From NCBI GenBank assembly GCA_934281515.1, contig CAKQXG010000001.1:1-61900 (forward strand): a stretch of DNA of 61,900 nucleotides, written 5' to 3'. Shown one piece after another: positions 36,410 to 46,829 of the stretch (the first letter of the stretch is position 1; every line of letters begins with the position of its first letter). Both the position numbers and the translations under genes were made by a program. The notes under the pieces are model-generated. The model saw only the letters and a program-made list of their open reading frames with translations, was not told where the DNA came from and searched no databases. This stretch comes from an uncultured Clostridia bacterium. GTDB taxonomy: Bacteria > Bacillota > Clostridia > Christensenellales > CAG-314.

Positions 36410-37309
36410 TTACAATGCCGCCACTCGCAAATTGACGTTACGTATTTTATCGTTGACGCAATAAGCATATCCCTCGAGAAAATTGTCGGTTCTGTCAGAC
36501 AATCCCATGTCGCGTACGGCTTGTTGCAATACGGCACAGATATTTTCCACCAAAGGCGGCGTTTGTTCAAGCGGCATACGGACAAGACTGTCGGTAAGCG
36601 CAGACAACTCATTCAACACAGGCAGTTGTGACAATCCGCGGTGCGCCCATTTGTAGTAAGGTTTGTATTTACCGCACAGCAAATACGCCGCGCCGATTGC
36701 ACTGTCGACAAATCCCGCCAATGCCTGACTTGCCGCAACGTATTCGCCGCGAGCAAGACAGCGTGGCAAATTGTACTGTCCGCTTTGCGCCGCCGCAAGC
36801 AATGCGCATGCCAGCTTTTTGAGCCGAATGTCGTTCGGACGAGCAAACAATTTGTTGCGAATGTCTGTAAAAAGACCATACGTATCGCAAAAAATGCGAC
36901 CGTTTGTAGCTTCGGCAAGGTACTCGTCGTCGATCGCCATCCACTCGAAGTCAGTTTCGGGCAAGCGATTGCCGATGTAGTAAGCGTAAAACTCGCTCAC
37001 TGTATGTACCCCTTTACCGACAAACATACCGCCGTTGACATCGGTCGTTCCGCCGTGTTCACGTACCAGTTTAGTATATGCGCGCGACATGCGAAATCCG
37101 TACTTGTCGTAGTCCTCGTCGGTAAGCCACAGACAAAAACCTACGCCGAAGTCGTGATCGCGCGACAACTCGTCGTCAAACCCGAAACATTCCGAGCCGT
37201 GCCCCACAAGTCCTGTAGCAACTCTGTCGACACATTCGGCAAATTGCGTTTCAAGCATTTGTTTGCCGTACCGCTCGTAAAACAGTTGAGCCTCATCCAA
37301 CCCCTTCAT
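36410..37309 (-). CDS. DUF4037-type (nucleotidyltransferase-like) protein
   Basis: GHGSECFGFDDELSRDHDFGVGFCLWL is typical of DUF4037. The ATG overlaps the stop of the upstream TPR gene. Confidence 0.6.
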   Translation of the reverse strand: MKGLDEAQLFYERYGKQMLETQFAECVDRVATGLVGHGSECFGFDDELSRDHDFGVGFCLWLTDEDYDKYGFRMSRAYTKLVREHGGTTDVNGGMFVGKGVHTVSEFYAYYIGNRLPETDFEWMAIDDEYLAEATNGRIFCDTYGLFTDIRNKLFARPNDIRLKKLACALLAAAQSGQYNLPRCLARGEYVAASQALAGFVDSAIGAAYLLCGKYKPYYKWAHRGLSQLPVLNELSALTDSLVRMPLEQTPPLVENICAVLQQAVRDMGLSDRTDNFLEGYAYCVNDKIRNVNLRVAAL

Positions 37310-38088
37310 AGGTTACCCCCGTAGATTTCTGCGGCAATTTCCTTCAGGGCTTCGGCTTGCATATCCAATCCGAACTCGGCAAACACGGGGTAGCACTTGG
37401 TCAACGCAAATGCGTAGTTGCCGTCACGCACGATGTTTTCGTCACAGAGTACAGTCCATGCTTCATCCAGCACTTGTAACGATTTTTGCGTATCGTTGTA
37501 CTTTTTTCGATACAATTCCGCAAGCAGACACATGCTGACGGCAATGTCATACAAGTGATTGTCTTCTTTTCTCAACAACTCGACGGCACGCATAAGATTG
37601 CTTTCTGCATTGTCGTACATTCCGCACAGATACTGCGTGCTTGCCAGGTTGTTGACAAATGCCGCGTATTCGTAACTGTCCGTTGCGTTGTTGCGTCTGA
37701 ACGCGTCGTCAACGTGGGCAAACACCGCCATAGCACGATCGAACATACCGTATGCGCCGAGAGTTGTGGCTATATTTACGGCAACGGTCTCGCCCGACAC
37801 AGTACCCTCGACATCAAGTTCGGCAAGTAGTTGCAATGCTTTTTCGCATGCAACAACAGCCTTATCCTTGTCGCCAAGCCGTCTGTAAAAGCCGATTTGC
37901 TCGTTTGTAACAGTCAGCAAACCGCGTTTATCACCCAGCGCGGCGGCCTCCTCTGCCCAGTAATCCAGGCACCGTTCGGCACCCGACATGTCGTTTGTAT
38001 TCAAGAATCCGTCCAGCTTTGTCAAAAATCTGCCTACGTTTATGCGCTCGGCAAGTTCGTTGTCGCAACACTTGCACCCAAATTGCAT
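37306..38088 (-). CDS. TPR-like helical repeat protein, coupled to DUF4037
   Basis: ORF track lists 37306-38169. The start preferred here is the Met preceded by GAGGTG (38088); the alternative start is 38169. It has repeated A/L/Y-rich helical pairs. Confidence 0.5.
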   Translation of the reverse strand: MQFGCKCCDNELAERINVGRFLTKLDGFLNTNDMSGAERCLDYWAEEAAALGDKRGLLTVTNEQIGFYRRLGDKDKAVVACEKALQLLAELDVEGTVSGETVAVNIATTLGAYGMFDRAMAVFAHVDDAFRRNNATDSYEYAAFVNNLASTQYLCGMYDNAESNLMRAVELLRKEDNHLYDIAVSMCLLAELYRKKYNDTQKSLQVLDEAWTVLCDENIVRDGNYAFALTKCYPVFAEFGLDMQAEALKEIAAEIYGGNL

Positions 38089-38193
38089 AATGCACCTCTG
38101 TTGTATACTGTCCGCACACGCCCCCTTTACCAAACGCGTCCGTGCAGACAAACATTCTTCAGATAACATTATACAATCAACCGCCGTATTGTG

Positions 38194-38793
38194 TCAATCG
38201 CCGGACAGATACTTGTGCGCACGCCCTTCCTTGACAACCACGTAACTACGCCCGATAAGAAACGCACCGTCGGGCGCATCCTTGTCCACCGTGGTACCGC
38301 ATGCAACAAAACAATTGTTGCCGATGTGTAACGGAGCGACAAGATTGCTGTTGCACCCGATAAAACAGTTGTTGCCAACCTTTGTGCGATGCTTGGTTTT
38401 GCCGTCGTAGTTGACAAAAATCACGCCGCAACCGACGTTGGTGTCACTGCCCACCTCGGCATCCCCGATGTAAGCCAGATGTGCAGCCTTGACTCTGTCG
38501 GCAAGTCTGCTACGTTTGACTTCGACAAAGTTGCCAACGCGGCAATCGTTCCCGACAACGGCACCGTCACGCAAGTGTGCGTATGGGCCTACAACACAGT
38601 TATCGCCCACCGTACAATCGGTCAGCCGAGAAGCACGCACCTGTGTGTATTGTCCGATGACAGAGTTGCATATGTAGCAAAAACTGCCAACCGTACAGCC
38701 TTTTTTCAGCACGGAGTTGCCCTTGATCACGGCAAACGGCTCGACGGTAACGCCATCCTCCACCACGACCGAAGGGTCGATGATATATTGCAA
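38194..38793 (-). CDS. left-handed beta-helix acetyltransferase homologous to the C-terminal domain of GlmU (stand-alone)
   Basis: Hexapeptide repeats plus KAAHLAYIGDAEVGSDTNVGCGVIFVNYDGKTKHRTKVG, which looks GlmU C-terminal. TTG start after AAGGAGAA. No N-terminal uridyltransferase domain is present. Confidence 0.65.
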   Translation of the reverse strand: MQYIIDPSVVVEDGVTVEPFAVIKGNSVLKKGCTVGSFCYICNSVIGQYTQVRASRLTDCTVGDNCVVGPYAHLRDGAVVGNDCRVGNFVEVKRSRLADRVKAAHLAYIGDAEVGSDTNVGCGVIFVNYDGKTKHRTKVGNNCFIGCNSNLVAPLHIGNNCFVACGTTVDKDAPDGAFLIGRSYVVVKEGRAHKYLSGD

Positions 38794-38900
38794 AAAGTTC
38801 TCCTTGTACTATTTTAGTCGGCAATACAGTGTTTGAATCAACAAACCATCAACGACAAAACGCCTTATGCCGATTGAGTACGTGCGCTGTATTACTACAA

Positions 38901-41156
38901 TTACACCAATTTACACACCAGCACAGTCATGTCGTCTGCCGCTTTGTTATGCACCTGTTTAAGTGCCTTGTTGATAATATCTTCGGCAATGCTTTGCGGA
39001 TTAGTCAGCGTTGTATTGCGGAAGATTTCCGCCAATGCGTTGATATCGTGGAAACAATCGGTCACCCCGTCGGTAAACAACACGGCGTAGTCACCTGAAT
39101 GCATCGCCTTTTTGGTAACGGACGGATGCATTTCGTCCAATACGCCCAGTGGCAAACTGCTACCGGACACAATCTCCACCTTGTCTCCGCACCGCACAAG
39201 TCCGTTAGTCGCACCAAGCTTGATAAAGTCGGCCAACCCATTGTACAGGTCGACAACCATCATGTCCACGGCGCAAAAAACTTCGTTTCCGCAACCAGTA
39301 AGCAACTTGTTGACGCATGTCAGTATTACGTCGCTGTCAAACCCTGCACGATAAAAACTCTCCACAAGGTCGATGGATGCCGACGACATTTCTTCGGCGC
39401 GAACACCGCTACCCATACCGTCGCAAAGCGCGACTATACACTTGCCGTTGTCGGTATTTATTACGCTGTGAGTGTCGCCCGACAGCGCACTGCCCTCCTT
39501 TGTGACAGAAGCAATGCCGTACACCGCCTCAAAACGCGGTTTAGCGCAAAGTATCACCGTATTCCAGTCGGGACTGTCGGTTGCTTCTATTCGTTGCACC
39601 TTCATTGGTTGATTGACAACGGCGGACGTCACTTGTTCCACTACATCGGCGTCGGTATCACGTGCGGAAACGGTGGCAAATACCAATGGCAAGCCATACT
39701 GTTGCATCACCGTTGCTCCGATACACATCACGTTGTGGAACACAAGTCTGTCCACAAGGTCGGCTTCCTTGTCACTGTCGGTCACGGCTTTGGTTTTCGC
39801 CTCACCCGCAAGTTGCAACAGTAAACCCGACACGCCGCCCATTTGTTCGCCCACAAGCGTACGACTGTTGTCGGCTTGCTCCGTTCTGTTGACATACTCG
39901 GCGTAGTTTTTGGCACGTTCGTTGATTTGCGATATAATGCCCGACACACGTTCACACCGCATAGATAACGACGGCGAAACGTCCAGAATAGTACACTTAC
40001 CGCGTTTAACAGCACAAACTGTCATATTTAACAGACTTTGTTCGGTGTCTTGCAGTTGCTCTCGCCAACAAGTCGTACGTAGATTGCATCTACTGCAAAC
40101 TTCTTCCGATACTTGCCTGACCATTGCCTTTTCGGCGTCATCGGCAGACACACGCCCGGACGAAACGGAATAAAACGCATTGCGCATAGACAGGAAAATA
40201 TCCGACAGTCGATACAGGCGCCCAGACAACGCCATGCCCAATTTGTGACTGACGGCCGTGCCAAGATACCTGTCAGAACCGCCGCAAACGGTATCCTTTA
40301 TACGACGATATACACGCCCCGGAATTACAATATATGCCAGCACCGAAGTGGCGGTAGGGATAAACACAATAGTATCGAATCTGCCGTGAAGATTGAAGAA
40401 ATACGACACTACAACATCGGCTGCAACCACCGACAAAGCGCACACATACCTGTTTACACGTATCAGACTTACCGCCGCAAGCGCAACGACAACACAACAC
40501 ACGGCAAATTGCAATTGCCCGATAGCAGCCAGATTGCCTACTGCGGCAACCGAAGCGCACACAAACGCAGTTTCGTCATTAAACGCCGACACACAAAATA
40601 GTACGGCAAAAGGCATAACGAAATATATCGGCTGAAACTGCCACAGCGTAAAGCAAGACAAACAGTAACTTGCCGCCACTCCGTACAGCGCGATACAAAC
40701 TTTTTCGTCGGTAGCGGGTCGATAGTTAAGTCCTTTGACAAACACCGCGCGATACATGTATATGGATACGTATCCGAAGGCAATACCTACAACCACATAC
40801 AACGCTTTGAAACACAAATCGGTGTAACCGACAAAACCATACGCCAAATAAAACGTATTGGCAAGTAACATGTACAACAGCAATGCGCCCTTACCGATTT
40901 TGCGCTTGGCAAGCTTGTGTATATACACAAACGTCATGATGACCGCTGCGCGAACGCCTGCGTGCATAAGACTGTTTGTGCCGTCAACAAGAGACGAGGC
41001 CACATACAGCACGCATGCGACTACAGGATTTGTGGCATATACGGCACCGACAAATGCACCGAAAGACAATGCACCACCCAAGATTTTTGCTCCGCCGAGC
41101 ACCGTTGCGGTATACACCGCGTACAACCACACTGTTTTAGCCGATAGTTTTTTCAT
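38901..41156 (-). CDS. spoIIE: stage II sporulation protein E (PP2C phosphatase with a polytopic membrane domain)
   Basis: An N-terminal half with about 10 TM segments is followed by PP2C motifs (ALCDGMGSG; LFTDGVTD). Confidence 0.85.
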   Translation of the reverse strand: MKKLSAKTVWLYAVYTATVLGGAKILGGALSFGAFVGAVYATNPVVACVLYVASSLVDGTNSLMHAGVRAAVIMTFVYIHKLAKRKIGKGALLLYMLLANTFYLAYGFVGYTDLCFKALYVVVGIAFGYVSIYMYRAVFVKGLNYRPATDEKVCIALYGVAASYCLSCFTLWQFQPIYFVMPFAVLFCVSAFNDETAFVCASVAAVGNLAAIGQLQFAVCCVVVALAAVSLIRVNRYVCALSVVAADVVVSYFFNLHGRFDTIVFIPTATSVLAYIVIPGRVYRRIKDTVCGGSDRYLGTAVSHKLGMALSGRLYRLSDIFLSMRNAFYSVSSGRVSADDAEKAMVRQVSEEVCSRCNLRTTCWREQLQDTEQSLLNMTVCAVKRGKCTILDVSPSLSMRCERVSGIISQINERAKNYAEYVNRTEQADNSRTLVGEQMGGVSGLLLQLAGEAKTKAVTDSDKEADLVDRLVFHNVMCIGATVMQQYGLPLVFATVSARDTDADVVEQVTSAVVNQPMKVQRIEATDSPDWNTVILCAKPRFEAVYGIASVTKEGSALSGDTHSVINTDNGKCIVALCDGMGSGVRAEEMSSASIDLVESFYRAGFDSDVILTCVNKLLTGCGNEVFCAVDMMVVDLYNGLADFIKLGATNGLVRCGDKVEIVSGSSLPLGVLDEMHPSVTKKAMHSGDYAVLFTDGVTDCFHDINALAEIFRNTTLTNPQSIAEDIINKALKQVHNKAADDMTVLVCKLV

Positions 41157-41323
41157 GATGTCCCCCGACAGCGGTTTTTACCTAATAGTACACCACAAAA
41201 GAACTCAAATTTTGACTACGTTTGCCATTATTTGCAACAATTTGTCGAATTTTGGACAAGCGGCAATGCGACGGCAAGCCAACAAATCCAACGGTGCAAC
41301 GAACAGTTGTACTACCTTACAAA

Positions 41324-41827
41324 CTACATCACACGGCACAACAAGCAGGCGCAAATACCGCCGACAAGGTTGCAGAACAACGCAATCGGGACTGCCCAGC
41401 CTGTGTGCTTGACGTTGGTCTCGGCAAAGTAGACCGCAGCCACGTAAAACACCGTTTCGCTGCTACCCATGATTACGCTTGCACATCTACCGACATAACT
41501 GTCTGTGCCGTAGCGAGCGTACACATCCGACAGTATTGCCAAACTCCCGCTACCCGAAAAAGGGCGCAACAACATCAATTCCACGACTTCCGACGGTATG
41601 CCGACCAATGCGAAAGGCGGTGAAGCAAAGCGCACGACATACTGTCCCAAACCGCTTGCGTGCAAAGCATTGGTCATGACAAACATCGCCGCAAGATAAG
41701 GAAACATACTGACTGCAAGCGGAATGGCTTTTTTGGCACCGCACACAAAGCCGTCGTAGACATTTACTTTACGAAACAACCCGACAACCAATGTTGCCAA
41801 CAATATTACCGGTACAATGTAGCTCAT
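41324..41827 (-). CDS. spmB: spore maturation protein B
   Basis: Nucleoside-recognition-type membrane protein directly after spmA. The start is set at MSYIVPVILL, with a weak SD. Confidence 0.65.
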   Translation of the reverse strand: MSYIVPVILLATLVVGLFRKVNVYDGFVCGAKKAIPLAVSMFPYLAAMFVMTNALHASGLGQYVVRFASPPFALVGIPSEVVELMLLRPFSGSGSLAILSDVYARYGTDSYVGRCASVIMGSSETVFYVAAVYFAETNVKHTGWAVPIALFCNLVGGICACLLCRVM

Positions 41828-41840
41828 TTTTAAATACGTA

Positions 41841-42401
41841 TCAACTTTTTTGTGACCGCGGATAAGCAATGCACACCAATGCGACGCCGATTACGGCGGT
41901 CGCAACGGTAGACAGCAACGTGGGCAAAAGTATGTCGGCGGCATTAGCCGAACCCAGCGAAGCACGCAACCCTATGATGGTAGTAGGCACAAGTTGCACA
42001 CTGCTTGCGTTGACGACAAACAACATCGCTCCTGCACGCGACAACGTTTCACCGTGTTCAGTCTCCTTGATAAAAGCTATTGCCGACGGGGTCGCGGCAT
42101 TGCCTACTCCCAGCAGATTGGACGCAGCATTAAGAGAAGCGTACTTGGCGGCGACTTCGGTAACATTGCCGTACAACAATTTGTTGACGGGTTGCAAAAG
42201 CTTTGCCAGTCCCTGCACAAGTTTGCAACGCTCGGCAATTTCAAATATACCCAACCATACGCAGTAAATTGCCGCAAGTTCCAGAGCGTATTTCAATGCG
42301 CTACTTGCGCCACCGATACACAACGTCAATACATCTTGTGGCGCAACAAACAACATACACGCTATTGCCGCTGCAGTTGCCACCGTCCATACAATGTTCA
42401 T
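41841..42401 (-). CDS. spmA: spore maturation protein A
   Basis: MNIVWTVATAAAI..., a Gate-domain membrane protein paired with spmB. Confidence 0.7.
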   Translation of the reverse strand: MNIVWTVATAAAIACMLFVAPQDVLTLCIGGASSALKYALELAAIYCVWLGIFEIAERCKLVQGLAKLLQPVNKLLYGNVTEVAAKYASLNAASNLLGVGNAATPSAIAFIKETEHGETLSRAGAMLFVVNASSVQLVPTTIIGLRASLGSANAADILLPTLLSTVATAVIGVALVCIAYPRSQKS

Positions 42402-42606
42402 ACGCTATTTTATGCCGTGTCCGACGGTATAATACTTACTGAACAAACAATAAAATACCGACAAGTCTATCCGTTCTTCACTAAAACTAACGATAAAATC
42501 AAAGTTGACTTTAAAATCATTTTTATTAGTAGCTACGCTAAACGCACACAAATTAAAACATAATTTTACGTCAGACCCGCTTTATTTTACAAAATGCCGC
42601 AAGCGG

Positions 42607-42635
42607 TTTACAAACAATTATATTTTTGGTATAAT
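42607..42635 (+). promoter_or_regulatory. sigma-70 promoter with extended -10 upstream of metG
   Basis: TTTACA, a 17-nt spacer, then TGG-TATAAT. Confidence 0.6.
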
Positions 42636-42787
42636 TTATTTTACAGTCGTGCGGACATTAGTCGGATATCGGCGGACTTGCGCAAGCGCAACCGACACTG
42701 CGCAACAATACCGCCTGCCGCCACATAAAGCACGAAAAATACTCCTTCGGGTTTCATTTGCCCGCAGGAAAAACCGAGAGGTATATT

Positions 42788-44731
42788 ATGGACAAGAAAA
42801 CCTACTACATCACCACCCCGATTTACTACAGCAGCGGCAACTTCCATATCGGACACTGCTACACAACCGTCAGTTGCGACGCGATTGCACGCTTTAAGCG
42901 AATGGACGGCTACGACGTATTCTACCTGACCGGCACGGACGAACACGGGCAGAAGGTTCAGCAACGCGCCGAAGCCGCAGGCGTTACGCCCAAACAGTTT
43001 GTAGATAAACTGTACAATCAAATCGTCGACTTGTGGAAGATTCTCAACATATCATACGACAAGTTTATCCGCACAACAGATCCCTACCACGAAGAAGTCG
43101 TGCAAAAAATCTACCAAAAGTTGCTTGACAGCGGCGACCTGTACAAAAGCAGTTACGAAGGCTGGTACTGCACGCCCTGCGAGAGTTTTTGGACGGAAAG
43201 CCAACTTGTAGACGGCAAATGCCCTGACTGCGGTCGCGAAGTAAAGTTGTCGCACGAAGAAAGTTACTTCTTCCGTCTGTCCAAGTACCAAGACAAACTG
43301 ATTGAGTTTTATGAGCAAAACCCGGACTTTATCAGCCCGAAGTCTCGCATGAACGAGATGATAAACAACTTTATCAAACCCGGACTAAAAGACCTGTGCG
43401 TGTCGCGCACAACGTTTGACTGGGGCGTAAAATTGCCGTTTGACCAAAAACATGTGGCGTATGTATGGATCGACGCTCTGGCAAACTACATAACTGCGCT
43501 TGGTTACATGCAAGAAGATCACGCAAACTTTGACAAGTTCTGGCCTGCCGATCTGCACATGGTAGGAAAGGAAATAGTCCGCTTCCACACCATCATCTGG
43601 CCGGCAATCCTGATGGCACTCGGTCTGCCACTGCCAAAAAAGGTGTACGGACACGGCTGGTTGCTGATGGGCGACGCCAAAATGGGCAAGTCACTAGGCA
43701 ACGGCGTGGATCCGTTCTTTCTGGTCAACCGCTACGGTACAGACCCGATACGCTACTTCCTGTTGCGAGAAATTCCGTTTGGTAGCGACGGCAATTACTC
43801 CACCGAAGCGCTTATCAACCGCACCAACAGCGACCTCGTCAACGACCTGGGCAACCTAGTATCCCGCACAACGGCAATGGTTACGCAGTACTTCGGCGGC
43901 GTAGTACCCGAACACAGCGAATACACCGAACTGGACAACGAATTGATTGCTCTATGCGAAGGCACTCTTGCCAAAGTGCGCACCGATATGGACAATCTGT
44001 CCGCACCCGACGCGCTTGCAGACATTTTCCGCATCATTCAACGTGCCAACAAGTACATCGACGAAACCATGCCCTGGGCATTGAACAAAAACGGTGACAA
44101 AGCTCGCCTTGCGACCGTAATGTATGTACTGTGCGAGTGCATACGTTTTTCGGCAACAATGCTCAAACCATTTATTCCCGAAACAGTCGACCGCATTTTT
44201 GCCAAACTCGGATTGCCTGCTCCCGATAACTTTGACAACATTGCACAGTTTGGCGGAATTGCAGCAGGCACTACCGTGACCAAAGGAGACAACCTGTTTA
44301 ACCGTATCGACGTTGCGAAGGAACTTGCCGAACTGAAACGCCTTGCCGACGAACAGGCAGCCGCAAACAAGCTGACTGCCGACAAAGCCGAAACCACCGA
44401 CGACAAACCGATGATTACCATTGACGACTTCGCCAAGGTGCAGCTGGTTACGGCAAAAGTGCTGTCTTGCGAAAAAGTAGCGAAAAGCGACAAACTGCTT
44501 TTGTTTAAACTGCAAGTAGGCAACGAAGTACGCCAGGTAGTATCGGGAATTGCGCAACATTACGACCCGTCGTATATGGTGGGCAAAACCGTCGTATTGG
44601 TTGCAAACCTGAAACCTGCCAAAATACGCGGTGTGGAAAGCAACGGCATGATTCTGTGCGCCGCCGACGGCAAAGACGTTGTGTTTGTAACGCCGGAAAA
44701 AGACATGCCCGATGGCTCGGAAGTGAGATAA
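42788..44731 (+). CDS. metG: methionine--tRNA ligase with a C-terminal tRNA-binding domain
   Basis: HIGH motif (NFHIGH), a KMSKS-like motif (KMGKSLGN), and CPDC zinc knuckles. The start is at 42788 after GAGAGG. Confidence 0.9.
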   Translation: MDKKTYYITTPIYYSSGNFHIGHCYTTVSCDAIARFKRMDGYDVFYLTGTDEHGQKVQQRAEAAGVTPKQFVDKLYNQIVDLWKILNISYDKFIRTTDPYHEEVVQKIYQKLLDSGDLYKSSYEGWYCTPCESFWTESQLVDGKCPDCGREVKLSHEESYFFRLSKYQDKLIEFYEQNPDFISPKSRMNEMINNFIKPGLKDLCVSRTTFDWGVKLPFDQKHVAYVWIDALANYITALGYMQEDHANFDKFWPADLHMVGKEIVRFHTIIWPAILMALGLPLPKKVYGHGWLLMGDAKMGKSLGNGVDPFFLVNRYGTDPIRYFLLREIPFGSDGNYSTEALINRTNSDLVNDLGNLVSRTTAMVTQYFGGVVPEHSEYTELDNELIALCEGTLAKVRTDMDNLSAPDALADIFRIIQRANKYIDETMPWALNKNGDKARLATVMYVLCECIRFSATMLKPFIPETVDRIFAKLGLPAPDNFDNIAQFGGIAAGTTVTKGDNLFNRIDVAKELAELKRLADEQAAANKLTADKAETTDDKPMITIDDFAKVQLVTAKVLSCEKVAKSDKLLLFKLQVGNEVRQVVSGIAQHYDPSYMVGKTVVLVANLKPAKIRGVESNGMILCAADGKDVVFVTPEKDMPDGSEVR

Positions 44732-45501
44732 TGATTGACACGCATTTGCACCTGGATGACCCGGCATTTGACGGAATCGTCGACGAAGTAATCGACAAAA
44801 TGACGCTTTGCGGCGTTAAATGTGCCATTAACAACAGTTGTGACCGCAAAACCATGCACAGCGGCGTTGCGCTTGCCGACAAGTATCCGCAAATCTACGC
44901 AACCGTCGGCATGCATCCGCACGACAGCAAAGATTTCGACGACGGTTTTGTTGCCAACATGTACACGCTTGCAGCCAACCCCAAAGTTGTTGCCGTCGGC
45001 GAGATAGGATTAGACTACCACTACGACTTGTCCGACCGCAAGATCCAGCGCGACGTATTTGCTCGGCAAATAGAAATTGCCGACGAATTGCATCTGCCGT
45101 TGACATTGCACATACGCGAAGCCTACGGCGACGCATTGGACATACTTCAAGCACAAAAAAAACACCTCAATTACGGCGTGTTGTGGCACTGCTACGGCGG
45201 AAGTGCCGAGCTTGCACGACAAATGGTACGGCAAGGACACTACTTTGCCTTCGGCGGAGCGATAACATTTAAAAACGCCCACAAAGAAGAAGTGATACAA
45301 GCCGTACCCGTCGACCGCGTAATGACAGAGACGGACAGCCCGTATATGGCGCCCGTTCCCTTGCGTGGCACGACAAATACGCCTGCCAACATTCCGCTGA
45401 TACTTGCCAAACTTGCCGAAGTGTACGGTATGCCCTGCCAACAGCTCGACACCATAATACAAGACAATGTGACAAGATTTTTTACCAAAATAAAACTATG
45501 A
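44731..45501 (+). CDS. TatD-family metal-dependent hydrolase
   Basis: MIDTHLHLDD. The ATG overlaps the metG stop (TAATG). Confidence 0.85.
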   Translation: MIDTHLHLDDPAFDGIVDEVIDKMTLCGVKCAINNSCDRKTMHSGVALADKYPQIYATVGMHPHDSKDFDDGFVANMYTLAANPKVVAVGEIGLDYHYDLSDRKIQRDVFARQIEIADELHLPLTLHIREAYGDALDILQAQKKHLNYGVLWHCYGGSAELARQMVRQGHYFAFGGAITFKNAHKEEVIQAVPVDRVMTETDSPYMAPVPLRGTTNTPANIPLILAKLAEVYGMPCQQLDTIIQDNVTRFFTKIKL

Positions 45502-46091
45502 ACAACTACGTATATTCGATAGGCAACAAACTGTACATCAATCTGACCAATCGTTGCAGTAACAACTGTGACTTTTGCATACGTCGCGACCACGACGGAA
45601 TGAACAATACTCCGCTGTGGCTCGACGAAGATCCCACACCGGAGGACGTGATTGCTCAATTGCCCGAAAACCTTGACGACTACGACAGGGAAGTTGTCTT
45701 TTGCGGCTTCGGCGAGCCGACATACAACCTTGACACGCTGGACGAAGTGGCAAGCTTTTTGCACTGCCTGGACAAGACGACGCGCATTAACACCAACGGG
45801 CAAGCAAACCTGATACACGGAGAGGATGTCAGTGACATCATTGCCACGAGTTGCGACGTGATAAACGTGTCGCTAAACGAGTGCAACGCCGCCAAATACC
45901 AACAACACTGCCACAGCGTTTACGGCGAAAAGGCATACGACGCTTTGCTGGAATTTGCAAAACTGTGCAAACAACGCGGCGCAAAAGTCGTATTCAGTGT
46001 TGTCGACAGCATCGGCGAAGCCGACATAAAGGCTTGCCAAAAACTTGCCGACAGCCTGCACATTCCCCTGCGGGTACGAGTAAAAGAGTGA
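45498..46091 (+). CDS. TatD-associated radical SAM protein
   Basis: CX3CX2C motif (CSNNCDFC). It overlaps the tatD stop by 4 nt. Confidence 0.7.
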   Translation: MNNYVYSIGNKLYINLTNRCSNNCDFCIRRDHDGMNNTPLWLDEDPTPEDVIAQLPENLDDYDREVVFCGFGEPTYNLDTLDEVASFLHCLDKTTRINTNGQANLIHGEDVSDIIATSCDVINVSLNECNAAKYQQHCHSVYGEKAYDALLEFAKLCKQRGAKVVFSVVDSIGEADIKACQKLADSLHIPLRVRVKE

Positions 46092-46092
46092 C

Positions 46093-46749
46093 ATGAACAC
46101 CAACGTAAATTACGACATAGAGTTTGTCAAATTTATTGATAAATTGAGTGATTTGTCACAAAAAAACACCTACGTATTGCCGAAATTGCTACTTCACGCT
46201 TGTTGCGCACCATGCAGTACATACTGTCTGACGCAGGTTTTGCAACATTTCGACGTGACGTTGTACTACGCCAACGACAACATTACCGACGAAACGGAAT
46301 GGCACAAACGTCTTGACGAACTACGCAAACTTGTGGGTATAGTAAACGACGGCAAATTTGTCGTGCATGCCGCCGCCATGCTGAAACTAGTCGTACAACC
46401 GTTTGCACCCGAACGCTTTTTTGAAGCAGCAGCGGGATTGGAAACTCAACCCGAGGGTGGCGCACGCTGCACAAAATGTTTTACGCTGCGGCTGACCGAC
46501 ACTCGCGACTACGCAAGAGATCACGACTATGATTATTTCGGCACCACATTGACCGTTTCTCCCTACAAAAACAGCCGACTGCTGAACGAAATCGGCTTGT
46601 CACTAGCCACCGACAACCTACAATGGTTACCGTCGGACTTCAAAAAGCGTAACGGTTACAACCAAAGCATACAATTGTCCGCACAATACGGTATTTACCG
46701 TCAACACTACTGCGGTTGCGAGTTTTCCAAAATCATTTTTAACACATAA
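46093..46749 (+). CDS. queH: epoxyqueuosine reductase QueH (DUF208)
   Basis: LLLHACCAPCS and YCGCEFS cysteine motifs. Confidence 0.75.
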   Translation: MNTNVNYDIEFVKFIDKLSDLSQKNTYVLPKLLLHACCAPCSTYCLTQVLQHFDVTLYYANDNITDETEWHKRLDELRKLVGIVNDGKFVVHAAAMLKLVVQPFAPERFFEAAAGLETQPEGGARCTKCFTLRLTDTRDYARDHDYDYFGTTLTVSPYKNSRLLNEIGLSLATDNLQWLPSDFKKRNGYNQSIQLSAQYGIYRQHYCGCEFSKIIFNT

Positions 46750-46751
46750 AA

Positions 46752-46779
46752 AAGACGAGCTGTCGAGCTCGTCTTTTTT
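46752..46779 (+). terminator. rho-independent terminator of the metG-tatD-rSAM-queH operon
   Basis: AGACGAGC-loop-GCTCGTCT followed by TTTTTT. Confidence 0.75.
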
Positions 46780-46789
46780 GTTGTAAAAG

Positions 46790-46828
46790 AAAAATGGTCT
46801 CGACAAAACGGTCGAGACCACATTTTTA
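46790..46828 (-). terminator. rho-independent terminator of the convergent Mrr-like gene
   Basis: TGGTCTCGAC-loop-GTCGAGACCA with a T run on the minus strand. Confidence 0.7.
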
Positions 46829-46829
46829 G

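Noticed and set aside
42636-42787. T-box or other riboswitch in the metG leader.
   Set aside because: The leader is only about 150 nt. It lacks the T-box sequence (AATTAGGGTGGTACCGCG-like) and a specifier-loop architecture. No terminator/antiterminator pair was seen.
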